Assembly: GCA_963718615.1 (NCBI GenBank)
Contig: OY970368.1
Span: 3,616,001-3,680,000 of the forward strand
Length of the DNA: 64,000 bases
Source of the DNA: an uncultured cyanobacterium
GTDB taxonomy: Bacteria; Cyanobacteriota; Cyanobacteriia; PCC-9006; JAAUQQ01
Direction of reading: 5' to 3'
In this document: positions 33,843 to 41,472 of the stretch, one piece after another
Layout: every line of letters starts with the position of its first letter
How positions within the stretch are numbered: position 1 is the first letter of the stretch
Notes under the pieces: model-generated
Seen by the model: the letters and a program-made list of their open reading frames with translations, nothing else
What the model was told of the DNA's origin: nothing
The model's database searches: none
Made by a program: the position numbers and the translations under genes

Positions 33843-35327
33843 CTACTCTTCTTCTGCCGCTGCCTTCATGTCGTCCTCAAACTCGTCGTCCTCGTCGTCT
33901 TCGAACTCCTCTTCATCGAAGTCATCGCCAAATTCATCCTCATCAAACTCGCTGTTTTTCCCGTCTTGGGACAGGGCTCTGCTCACCTGATCTCCTGCAT
34001 CGAGCTCATCCCCGTCGATGTCTTCAGATTCATCGAGACCTCGTTCATCTGTCTCTGCGTTCGGTGTGAAGTCAGATCGAGACGAGCGATCGGAGGCTCC
34101 TACTTCTTCTTCCTGCTCTTCAAAGGCTTCATCAGGATAATCGTCGTCGTCTTCTGCGACAACCACCATGTCAGGAATGACGTAGGCGTTAAAGTCATAT
34201 TTCGCAATATCTTTGATGTCAATTTTCCAGCCGGTGAGGCGAGCTGCAAGACGGACATTTTGGCCTTCTTTGCCAATGGCGAGACTGAGCTGATCTTCGG
34301 CAACGAGTACATGGGCCTGACGCGCTTCCGGGTCAACGAGGCGTACCATATCGACCCGTGCCGGGCTGAGGGCATTGGCAATATAAGTTGCTGGGTCTGG
34401 TGACCAGCGAATCACGTCAATTTTTTCGCCACGCAGTTCGTTGACCACCACCTGAATCCGTGATCCCCTTGCACCAATGCAGGCCCCGACCGGGTCTACA
34501 TCTCGCTCTAGGGTATCGACTGCAATCTTGGTGCGAGGACCAACATGGCGGGAGGGAGGATTCGCTTCCCGAGCAACCGCGACAATCCGGACAACTTCAT
34601 CCTGAATTTCGGGGACTTCGTTTTCAAACAGGTAAACCACCAGTCCGGCATTGGCCCGAGAGACAATAATTTGGGGGCCACGACGGGGGGTCTCCGCAAC
34701 TTCTTTCAAAAAGACTCTAAAGGTTGCATTGGCCCGGTAGTTATCGTTGGGCAACTGCTCACGGCGGGGTAATTCCGCCTCCACGGGCGGGCGGCCAAAG
34801 CCACTGCTGACTTCCATGATCACGGACTGGCGCTCAAACCGTAGCACCTTGGCATTGAGGACAGGGTCTTCGACATCTTGAAATTCTTCTTGGATCATCC
34901 GCCGCTGAAAGTCCCGCAGTTTTTGGGCCAGGACCTGCTTGGTTTGGATGGCGGCCATCCGTCCAAAATCCTCCTTTTCAGGGGTGACATCGACCACGAC
35001 TGTATCGCCCAACTGGGCTTCAGGCGCGACTTCACGCACCACTTCTAAGGCTATTTCGTGGTCAATATTTTGCAGCTCTTCGACAATGGTTTTGGCGGCT
35101 AGGATCCGGAATCCTTCTTCATCAACATCGAGTTCGACGCTGAAATTTTGGAAATATTCTTCGTCAAAGCCAATGTCTTCGCCCATGCGCTGAGTGCGGC
35201 GATAGCGTTCATAACCTTTCAGTAAAGCTTCTTGGATGGCGGCTTCGACCACTGTGGGGGGAAGTTTTTTCTGTTCGCTGATGGCGTCGATCATCAGCTT
35301 CAGATCCGGTAAAGTCAAGAGCGTCAT
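33843..35327 (-). CDS. nusA: Transcription factor NusA
   Basis: FGRMAAIQTKQ, S1/KH domains, DPVGACIGARGSR and AIGKEGQNVRLA; acidic tail. Confidence 0.97.
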   Translation of the reverse strand: MTLLTLPDLKLMIDAISEQKKLPPTVVEAAIQEALLKGYERYRRTQRMGEDIGFDEEYFQNFSVELDVDEEGFRILAAKTIVEELQNIDHEIALEVVREVAPEAQLGDTVVVDVTPEKEDFGRMAAIQTKQVLAQKLRDFQRRMIQEEFQDVEDPVLNAKVLRFERQSVIMEVSSGFGRPPVEAELPRREQLPNDNYRANATFRVFLKEVAETPRRGPQIIVSRANAGLVVYLFENEVPEIQDEVVRIVAVAREANPPSRHVGPRTKIAVDTLERDVDPVGACIGARGSRIQVVVNELRGEKIDVIRWSPDPATYIANALSPARVDMVRLVDPEARQAHVLVAEDQLSLAIGKEGQNVRLAARLTGWKIDIKDIAKYDFNAYVIPDMVVVAEDDDDYPDEAFEEQEEEVGASDRSSRSDFTPNAETDERGLDESEDIDGDELDAGDQVSRALSQDGKNSEFDEDEFGDDFDEEEFEDDEDDEFEDDMKAAAEEE

Positions 35328-35425
35328 AACGGAGCATCCTTTAGGTGAAGTGGATTTGAGGTCCAAAGAAATTCAAAGCGGTCCAAAGCGGTCCAAAGCG
35401 GTCCAATAAATATGGGTTCGGGTGC

Positions 35426-35887
35426 CTATTCCGCATCCATCAGTTGGACTTGGGCGATGAGCGATCGCGGAATCTTAACCGCACGACCCTTCTGATTGAG
35501 ATGAACGTAGTCCTCATCGCGACGAATTAAACTCCCTTGCCAAAAACTCTGCCCCTTAAAGGTCTCGGTTGTTTGCACGGAAACCGGAAACCCCTTAAAC
35601 GAAACAAAATCCCGATCGGTTCCCAGGGTTTTCGAGATCCCTGGACTGGAAATCTCCAGGACGTAGGCGTCCGGAACGATCTCGCTTTCATCTAAGGCCG
35701 CTTCCAGGGCACGGCTCATGCGCTCGCAATCCTCCAGACTTGTGTCTTGGGTGAGGTTTCGCACATCTAACCGGAGGACCGGCGGGGATTGATTGGTTTG
35801 AAAAACCGCATGCACTACCTCCAACTGCAACGAGTCTGCCAGGGGAGCTGCAATTTCGAGAATTTGAGGTATGAGCGGATGGGCCAT
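35426..35887 (-). CDS. rimP: Ribosome maturation factor RimP
   Basis: LEDCERMSR and YVLEISSPG; first gene of the rimP-nusA-infB order. Confidence 0.96.
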   Translation of the reverse strand: MAHPLIPQILEIAAPLADSLQLEVVHAVFQTNQSPPVLRLDVRNLTQDTSLEDCERMSRALEAALDESEIVPDAYVLEISSPGISKTLGTDRDFVSFKGFPVSVQTTETFKGQSFWQGSLIRRDEDYVHLNQKGRAVKIPRSLIAQVQLMDAE

Positions 35888-35928
35888 AAACCGGAGCGGG
35901 GAAAGATCAAAAAAGACAGGATTTCAAT

Positions 35929-35955
35929 AAAAAAAGCGGGCCGCAACCCACTTCC
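35929..35955 (-). promoter_or_regulatory. rimP leader hairpin / attenuator
   Basis: GGAAGTGGG-TTGCGG-CCCGCTTTTTTT about 40 nt upstream of rimP, typical of rimP operon leaders. Confidence 0.7.
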
Positions 35956-36051
35956 TAAGCACTATTAGGATGTGTCAGATCGACAGGGACTTCTAGGCAA
36001 TTTTACTTGACCTATACCATTTGCCTATCCATCTACTCGCGCTATTATAGC

Positions 36052-37548
36052 TCAGTTATTCCGCCTTTGAGACAAGGACTCAACCGTTGGCGGAAATCCG
36101 GCTTGGCGACTGAGCTGCTGTGCTTCTTCTAGCACGGCTTCAAAGTCAGCTTCGGAAATACGGCTGACATAATTAAATTTGAATTCTTCGAGCAGATCGC
36201 AGAGTAAGGTCTGGATTTCCTGAAGGGTATTGTGGTCAGAAAGGGCATCGGTGAACGCCACTGTGAAATGGCGCACCAGTTGCTCCATCAGGTCAGCCCC
36301 ATTGGGATCCGGCAGGGTGAGGGTGCTGTAGGTGCCTTGAGAAACGGTGGTGATCGCCTGGGAGACGCCAGAGGCGAGCTGCTGGGTCAGCTGTTGGGGA
36401 ACAAAGCTAAAACCGGGCAAATTTTGCAGCAGTTGGTAGGCGGGCAGGCGCTGTAGCGTGTAGAGCAGATTGTGCTGAAGTAAGGCTTCTAGGTCGGGCT
36501 GCACCCGAGGGAGCACTTGGTAAACCAACAGTTCTGAGAGTCGTCGGGCCAGCACCTCGATTTCATTGGTATCGTTGAGATCGACATAGGGGGTTTGGCT
36601 AAGGTTGAGGAGCGATTTGAGATCACCGCGCCGAATGCTCTGTTGAGCTTGATTGATGCTTTGAACTGCAATCACCTCAAGCAGCTCTCCCGCAAAGACA
36701 CTGATAAAGCCGCGACTAATCTGACTCCGCAAGGGTTCGAGGTCGATTAGACGAGCGGACTGGAGCCGCAGGGATAGGGGAATGATGCGCAACCAGCGTA
36801 GAAAGGGTAGGAGCAGCAGCAAATCATACCAACGCCACAGCAGGGCCTCTCGCCAGCTGAGGCTGGGGTGTCGGCGGCGAATCCTATAGATCCGAATCAG
36901 CAGTTCTAGACCGAAGAAAATCTGGAAGGGTAGGTCCAGTCTCCAAAAGCGATCGCGCCATTCCCCGTTTTCACCAATGGTGCGATAGTAGTTGGTCTCA
37001 ATCAGCGGACGAATTTTCTCATTAAAAAAGGCCAGTTCTTCAGGCCAGCGTTGGGGGGTCAGCGTCGTAGGACTCCAAAGCTGGGCAAAGGCGACCTTAG
37101 CGGATTCTGCTTCGTAGCGATCGCGCACCCGATTTTTGATTCTTTCCAAGGTTCCCGACTTACCCGCCACCGCGAAGGGATTTTCATCCACCATTTCGCG
37201 ACTCAAATTTCTTAGGATTTCTAAGTCCTGACGCACTTTGGGTGAACTGGGACCGGCCTCAGGATCGCGCAGATCTTGCTCCAGTGTATTGACTCGGTTG
37301 AGATAGTCGGTGGTGAATCGATTGGGGGTGATGCCTTTGAAGCGATCGTAAAAAGTCGTAATCGGCGGGAGCGGTAGCTGGATCGGCTGATTGGCGATTT
37401 GCAACGTGCCGTGGAGCCAAAAATTGCGCCAGGGCACATAGCTCAGATCGAAGAGGGCTAGGGCATAGTTAAAGGCGACCAACAGCGCTAGCAAACGCTC
37501 GGTCCAGAGGATCAGGGGATGGATGCGGGGCGCTTTTCGCAGCGGCAT
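36052..37548 (-). CDS. Conserved cyanobacterial membrane protein (ion-channel-like TM region)
   Basis: FDLSYVPWR, ENPFAVAGKSGTLERIKNR and WRWYDLLLLLPFLRWLRII. Confidence 0.8.
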   Translation of the reverse strand: MPLRKAPRIHPLILWTERLLALLVAFNYALALFDLSYVPWRNFWLHGTLQIANQPIQLPLPPITTFYDRFKGITPNRFTTDYLNRVNTLEQDLRDPEAGPSSPKVRQDLEILRNLSREMVDENPFAVAGKSGTLERIKNRVRDRYEAESAKVAFAQLWSPTTLTPQRWPEELAFFNEKIRPLIETNYYRTIGENGEWRDRFWRLDLPFQIFFGLELLIRIYRIRRRHPSLSWREALLWRWYDLLLLLPFLRWLRIIPLSLRLQSARLIDLEPLRSQISRGFISVFAGELLEVIAVQSINQAQQSIRRGDLKSLLNLSQTPYVDLNDTNEIEVLARRLSELLVYQVLPRVQPDLEALLQHNLLYTLQRLPAYQLLQNLPGFSFVPQQLTQQLASGVSQAITTVSQGTYSTLTLPDPNGADLMEQLVRHFTVAFTDALSDHNTLQEIQTLLCDLLEEFKFNYVSRISEADFEAVLEEAQQLSRQAGFPPTVESLSQRRNN

Positions 37549-37747
37549 AGTCCTGAGGAAAATGTCAATCCGAGTATGGGGGTTGACGCCCGGCCTGGCA
37601 ATCCCCTCCCAGAGATTTAAGCAGCGGTTCTGTATTTTATGGATGGGGATGATGCGATCGCACCCAATCTCAAGACGCCTTCTCATGGGAAGTACGGAGT
37701 CGAGATTCATGTCATCGGTGCGAGACGCAATCCACACGTAGGGAAAG

Positions 37748-37792
37748 AAAAAACCCCAGCTCATCGCTGGGGGTCAACTCAGGGTGCATCTA
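37748..37792 (-). ncRNA. Small RNA, NsrR1-like
   Basis: TAGATGCACCCTGAGTTGACCCCCAGCGATGAGCTGGGGTTTTTT has its own promoter (TTGCCA/CATAAT), an NtcA box and a terminator. The family assignment is from memory. Confidence 0.6.
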
Positions 37793-37802
37793 TATCTATT
37801 AT

Positions 37803-37816
37803 GTACAAAATATTAC
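37803..37816. promoter_or_regulatory. NtcA box (GTA-N8-TAC) in a repressing position
   Basis: GTACAAAATATTAC lies between the -35 (37820-37825) and -10 (37798-37803) of the sRNA promoter. Confidence 0.7.
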
Positions 37817-38034
37817 CCTTGGCAATAGGTTTCTGCGTTCTTTGCAAAAAAAATATCCAGAAAATCTACGGAGCATACGCAAATATCCCTGAATCCCCCG
37901 ACCTGCTTAGACTTGAGTAATTACGCGGTGATTCTCTCGAAGGGATGGTTTCCATAAAGAATGCTTAATACTTGCTTCTGAAATTTGTTACGGAGAGAAA
38001 ATAGCGACGGCTTCAGACTTTGAGACAAAATTCG

Positions 38035-38050
38035 TGTGATCAAGATCACC
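38035..38050. promoter_or_regulatory. CRP-type site
   Basis: TGTGATCAAGATCACC matches TGTGA-N6-TCACA at 9 of 10 positions, about 140 bp upstream of the DUF4089 gene. Confidence 0.5.
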
Positions 38051-38187
38051 TTGCTCTAGAGCCAATGGCATGGGCAGGAGGCTGGAGAAATAGGGCTCTA
38101 CGCTAGAATCTCAAAAGATTCTTCTTAACTTCTCCTCGTCCCCCCGCTAGTTCGCCCTCACAGTTGTCCTGAAACAGTGGTCTGTCG

Positions 38188-38460
38188 ATGCCAGAATCCT
38201 TCAATGATTTAGTTCCGGTTGCGACCGACGCAGATGCGTCCTCATCCATGGCCTCCGCCAGCGATGCAGCGGCGATCGCCCTCACCTTGGAAACTTGGAG
38301 TGCAAGTCTGGGATTGTCGATTCCTGCGACCTGTCTACCCGGTGTTGTGGAACAATGGGGCAACTTGGCGGCGATCGCCCAACCCCTCCTGGCGTTTCCC
38401 ATCCCCCAAACCCTAGATCCCGCTCCGAGATTCACGCCCCAGGAGCCAGATCCATGCTGA
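38188..38460 (+). CDS. DUF4089 / AtzG-like small amidase partner
   Basis: LGLSIP..PGVVEQW..LAAIAQPLLAFPIP..PAPRFTP; overlaps the start of the amidase. Confidence 0.75.
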   Translation: MPESFNDLVPVATDADASSSMASASDAAAIALTLETWSASLGLSIPATCLPGVVEQWGNLAAIAQPLLAFPIPQTLDPAPRFTPQEPDPC

Positions 38461-39875
38461 ATTGGCCCTTTTCCGATGCCCAGGTTTTGGATATCCAGTT
38501 TCTCGATGCCCATCAATTGGCTCAGGCCATTCGGACAGGCGAGCTGACGGCGGAAGCGGTGATGGAAGTGACGCTGGCTCAGCTTACCGCCAAAAATCCT
38601 GCCATCAATGCCTTTACCGCAGTGTTAGCAGACTCCGCCTTGGCGGCGGCCCAGGCCGTCGATGCCCAACGAGCCGCAGGGCAAGCGCTCGGCCCCTTGG
38701 CAGGGGTTCCCTTTGGGGTCAAAAACCTGTTTGACGTAGCAGGGCTGCCCACCCTGGCAGGGTCTCAGATTAACGCGGCCAACCCAGGTGCGCTGGAAGA
38801 TGCGACGGCGATCGCCCGTCTCAAGGCAGCAGGCGCGATTTTAGTCGGCACGCTCAATATGGATGAGTATGCCTACGGTTTCGTCACGGAAAATGCCCAC
38901 TTCGGCCCCACCCACAATCCCCATGATTTGAAGTTAATCGCTGGGGGCTCCTCGGGGGGATCGGCGGCGGCGGTCGCGGGAGGGCTGGTGCCCTTGAGCT
39001 TGGGCAGCGATACCAACGGTTCGATTCGGGTTCCGGCGGCACTCTGCGGTATTTTGGGTTTGAAGCCGACCTATGGCCGCTTGTCACGGGCGGGCACGTT
39101 TCCCCTCTCGACGAGTTTGGATCACATTGGGCCGTTTGCCCGGTCGGTTCGGGATTTGGCGCTAATATTTGATCTTTTGCAGGGACCAGACGATCGCGAT
39201 CCGGTCTGTACTGAACGAGATCCTGAAGGGTGTTTAGAGCATTTGGGCAAGGGCCTTGAGGGATTGAGGATAGCCATAGCAACAGATTATTTCCAGCAGG
39301 GCGCGATGCCAGAAGCCCTGGCCGCAGTCCAGCAGGTGGCCCAATCGTTGGGCGTACAACAGGAAGTTATCATCCCCGAAGCAGCCAGCGCTAGGGCCGC
39401 AGCGTTTGTGATTACGGCGAGCGAGGGGGGACAGGTACATCTAGAAAATTTACGGCGCTGTCCCATGGCGTTTGATCCGGCAACGCGCGATCGCTTCCTC
39501 GCAGGGGCTCTGGTGCCCAATGCTTGGTATTTGCAAGCCCAAAAGTTTAGACGCTGGTATGGCGATCGCGTTCACGAGCTGTTCAAAACGGTCGATGTGA
39601 TCATCGCTCCCACAACACCCTGTTTTGCAACCCCCATTGGTCAAGCACTCGTAGAAATTGCAGGCCAAGAAATCGCGGTTCGGCCTCATCTAGGATTGTA
39701 CACACAACCCCTTTCCTTGATTGGTTTGCCGGTGATTTCGGTACCGGTTTGGTTAGAGGGGGCGACCTTGCCGCTGGGGGTACAGTTGATCGGCGCACCC
39801 TATCAGGAGGCCAAGCTGCTCCGGGTTGCCGCTTGGCTGGAGGCGCGGAAAGTGATCGGATACAGACCTGCGTAA
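38454..39875 (+). CDS. AtzE-family amidase (amidase signature)
   Basis: KNLFDV, LNMDEYAYGFVTEN, GGSSGGS and GSDTNGSIRVP. Confidence 0.9.
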   Translation: MLNWPFSDAQVLDIQFLDAHQLAQAIRTGELTAEAVMEVTLAQLTAKNPAINAFTAVLADSALAAAQAVDAQRAAGQALGPLAGVPFGVKNLFDVAGLPTLAGSQINAANPGALEDATAIARLKAAGAILVGTLNMDEYAYGFVTENAHFGPTHNPHDLKLIAGGSSGGSAAAVAGGLVPLSLGSDTNGSIRVPAALCGILGLKPTYGRLSRAGTFPLSTSLDHIGPFARSVRDLALIFDLLQGPDDRDPVCTERDPEGCLEHLGKGLEGLRIAIATDYFQQGAMPEALAAVQQVAQSLGVQQEVIIPEAASARAAAFVITASEGGQVHLENLRRCPMAFDPATRDRFLAGALVPNAWYLQAQKFRRWYGDRVHELFKTVDVIIAPTTPCFATPIGQALVEIAGQEIAVRPHLGLYTQPLSLIGLPVISVPVWLEGATLPLGVQLIGAPYQEAKLLRVAAWLEARKVIGYRPA

Positions 39876-39938
39876 GGGTTTTTAAGGGAGGGTATCTCGC
39901 CGGAAGAAGATGAATCAAATCCTTCCGGCACAACCCTA

Positions 39939-40012
39939 CGAGAATGGCAGGAGTCGAACCTGCAATCTTTGGTTTCGTAGACCAATGTGTTTTCCAATTC
40001 CACTACATTCCC
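39939..40012 (-). tRNA. trnR: tRNA-Arg(ACG), atypical sequence
   Basis: GGGAATG TA GTGG AATTGGAAA ACAC A TTGGT CTACGAA ACCAA AGATT GCAGG TTCGACT CCTGC CATTCTC G forms a complete cloverleaf with anticodon ACG. Confidence 0.85.
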
Positions 40013-40020
40013 AAATTAAA

Positions 40021-40078
40021 AGTACAGCCTAGAACATCGGTTTTGGAGACCGAAGTGTTGTTGTCACACCATCTCTAC
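40021..40078 (-). pseudogene. Decayed tRNA-Trp(CCA)
   Basis: Intact anticodon arm TCGGT-CTCCAAA-ACCGA and D-stem GTGT/ACAC. The T-loop and the 3' acceptor strand are lost. Confidence 0.55.
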
Positions 40079-40223
40079 ATACACTCTGAACAAACTAATA
40101 AAATTCTAAGGTTTCAAGATTCAGGGTTGGATGCGATCGCCACATCCCTCATCGAGGCTAGTTATCAAAATCTTTTGGGCTGGCTTTGAGGTAACTTGCA
40201 TCTCTCTTTGCCTGCCTAAATAT

Positions 40224-40252
40224 ATACTACACAACGTACTACAGAGCGTCAA
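40224..40252 (-). promoter_or_regulatory. Sigma70 promoter with TGTAGTA direct-repeat operator (tRNA unit)
   Basis: TTGACG-17 bp-TAGTAT. TGTAGTA occurs at 40243-40237 and 40231-40225. Confidence 0.75.
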
Positions 40253-40281
40253 GGGGAGCAGTGGAACCGTGCTGAGATTTT

Positions 40282-40692
40282 CTAACCCGATAGAAAGACT
40301 TGAGATTGAGTCATGGCCCAGAGTTTGTGGAGAAGACGCTCGATGCGATCGCTCACCACCGCCAAAAACATCCCCTCATGGGCATCCACATCCGCCGCTA
40401 ACCACACCCCGCGCAAGCAGACTTCGTAGGAGGTCTCATCCACGGGATAAAGGTCAACCCCTGCGGCTAGGCCATCGGGGCAATGCTGGGCCTGCTCCCG
40501 ACAGATTTCGATTTCTAGCGCCGCTAAACCGGGGATATCCCGAGGCAGTAAAAACGACGCACTGCTGGTTTCTACCCGCAGATTTTGTCCGAGTCGTACG
40601 GCTAGCACAGCCCGCTGGGCAACCAGGGTTTCCAGGGAGTCCGCTAGCCGTTCTAACTGCAACTCGCTATCGGCATAGGTCAATTTCAACAT
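40282..40692 (-). CDS. alr0857-family protein
   Basis: MLKLTY..LERL..LE..VAQRAVLAVRLGQ..SASFLLP..EVCLRGVWL..EGMF; AGGAG RBS at 40707-40703. Confidence 0.85.
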   Translation of the reverse strand: MLKLTYADSELQLERLADSLETLVAQRAVLAVRLGQNLRVETSSASFLLPRDIPGLAALEIEICREQAQHCPDGLAAGVDLYPVDETSYEVCLRGVWLAADVDAHEGMFLAVVSDRIERLLHKLWAMTQSQVFLSG

Positions 40693-40713
40693 TATGGATA
40701 AGCTCCTAATACT

Positions 40714-40748
40714 AAAAACCCCCGCTTCTGGTGAGTCAGAAGCGGGGG
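40714..40748 (-). terminator. Attenuator-type intrinsic terminator in front of the alr0857-family gene
   Basis: 12-bp perfect stem CCCCCGCTTCTG / CAGAAGCGGGGG followed by TTTTT. Confidence 0.85.
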
Positions 40749-40769
40749 CAGAAACGCTAAGGTTTCCAG

Positions 40770-41054
40770 TTAACTCAACGTAGCCGGGCTAGGCCAAAGG
40801 GGCTGACGCTGAGATCCGCTTCTGGGGATTTTGAGATGGCGTTCAAGGACGAGAGCTATGAATCTAAAACGATTAATTTGGGTCGCTTTGGGAGCGAGGC
40901 GATCGCTAGACCACTCCATCTCGAATGAGTCCTGTGGGATCGAATTCGGCATGGCACAGCCATAGAAAAGACCCGTGCACAGCGCCTTAAGCACACCCGT
41001 GCCGAGCAGGCGGCAGGTAGGCTGAAGGAAGGTGACGGGTAAACTGCGTTTCAT
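40770..41054 (-). CDS. Putative leader peptide (94 aa)
   Basis: MKRSLPVTFLQPTCRLLGT..FIALVLERHLKIPRSGSQRQPLWPSPATLS; ends 21 nt before the terminator. Confidence 0.6.
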   Translation of the reverse strand: MKRSLPVTFLQPTCRLLGTGVLKALCTGLFYGCAMPNSIPQDSFEMEWSSDRLAPKATQINRFRFIALVLERHLKIPRSGSQRQPLWPSPATLS

Positions 41055-41230
41055 GGCGCGTTGGAAGTTTGAAGGGATTAAAAGACTGAAAAGGGTGATC
41101 AAATAATCAACAAATAATCAATGGGACTGAAGTTTTTCTCTAAAGCTATTGTATCTGGGCTATTTTCCCTAAACTAGCTGTTTTCCCTAAGCCATTAAAA
41201 CAACAGCCCTGGAAAAACTGATTATTCTAG

Positions 41231-41260
41231 ATACTACTCGGATACTACAGGAATTGTCTA
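41231..41260 (-). promoter_or_regulatory. Sigma70 promoter with GTAGTAT direct-repeat operator (leader/alr0857 unit)
   Basis: TAGACA-18 bp-TAGTAT. GTAGTAT occurs at 41248-41242 and 41237-41231. Confidence 0.7.
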
Positions 41261-41472
41261 GCCCTAATTTGTGAAAGTTTTAAGCGGAAGTCTGGCCCAA
41301 GGCCGTCAAATCCGTCGGCAAAAGTCCGGTTAAACGTACCCCCTACCGGTTTGCAGTCGCTTAAACTTAAGATACGCTGGCCTGAGTATCGGTTACGGCA
41401 AAATTTTAATGCGCCGTCGCTGACCCCCTTGGCCCACCCATTACTCACTTATGCGGGAGTAGGATTCGACGA

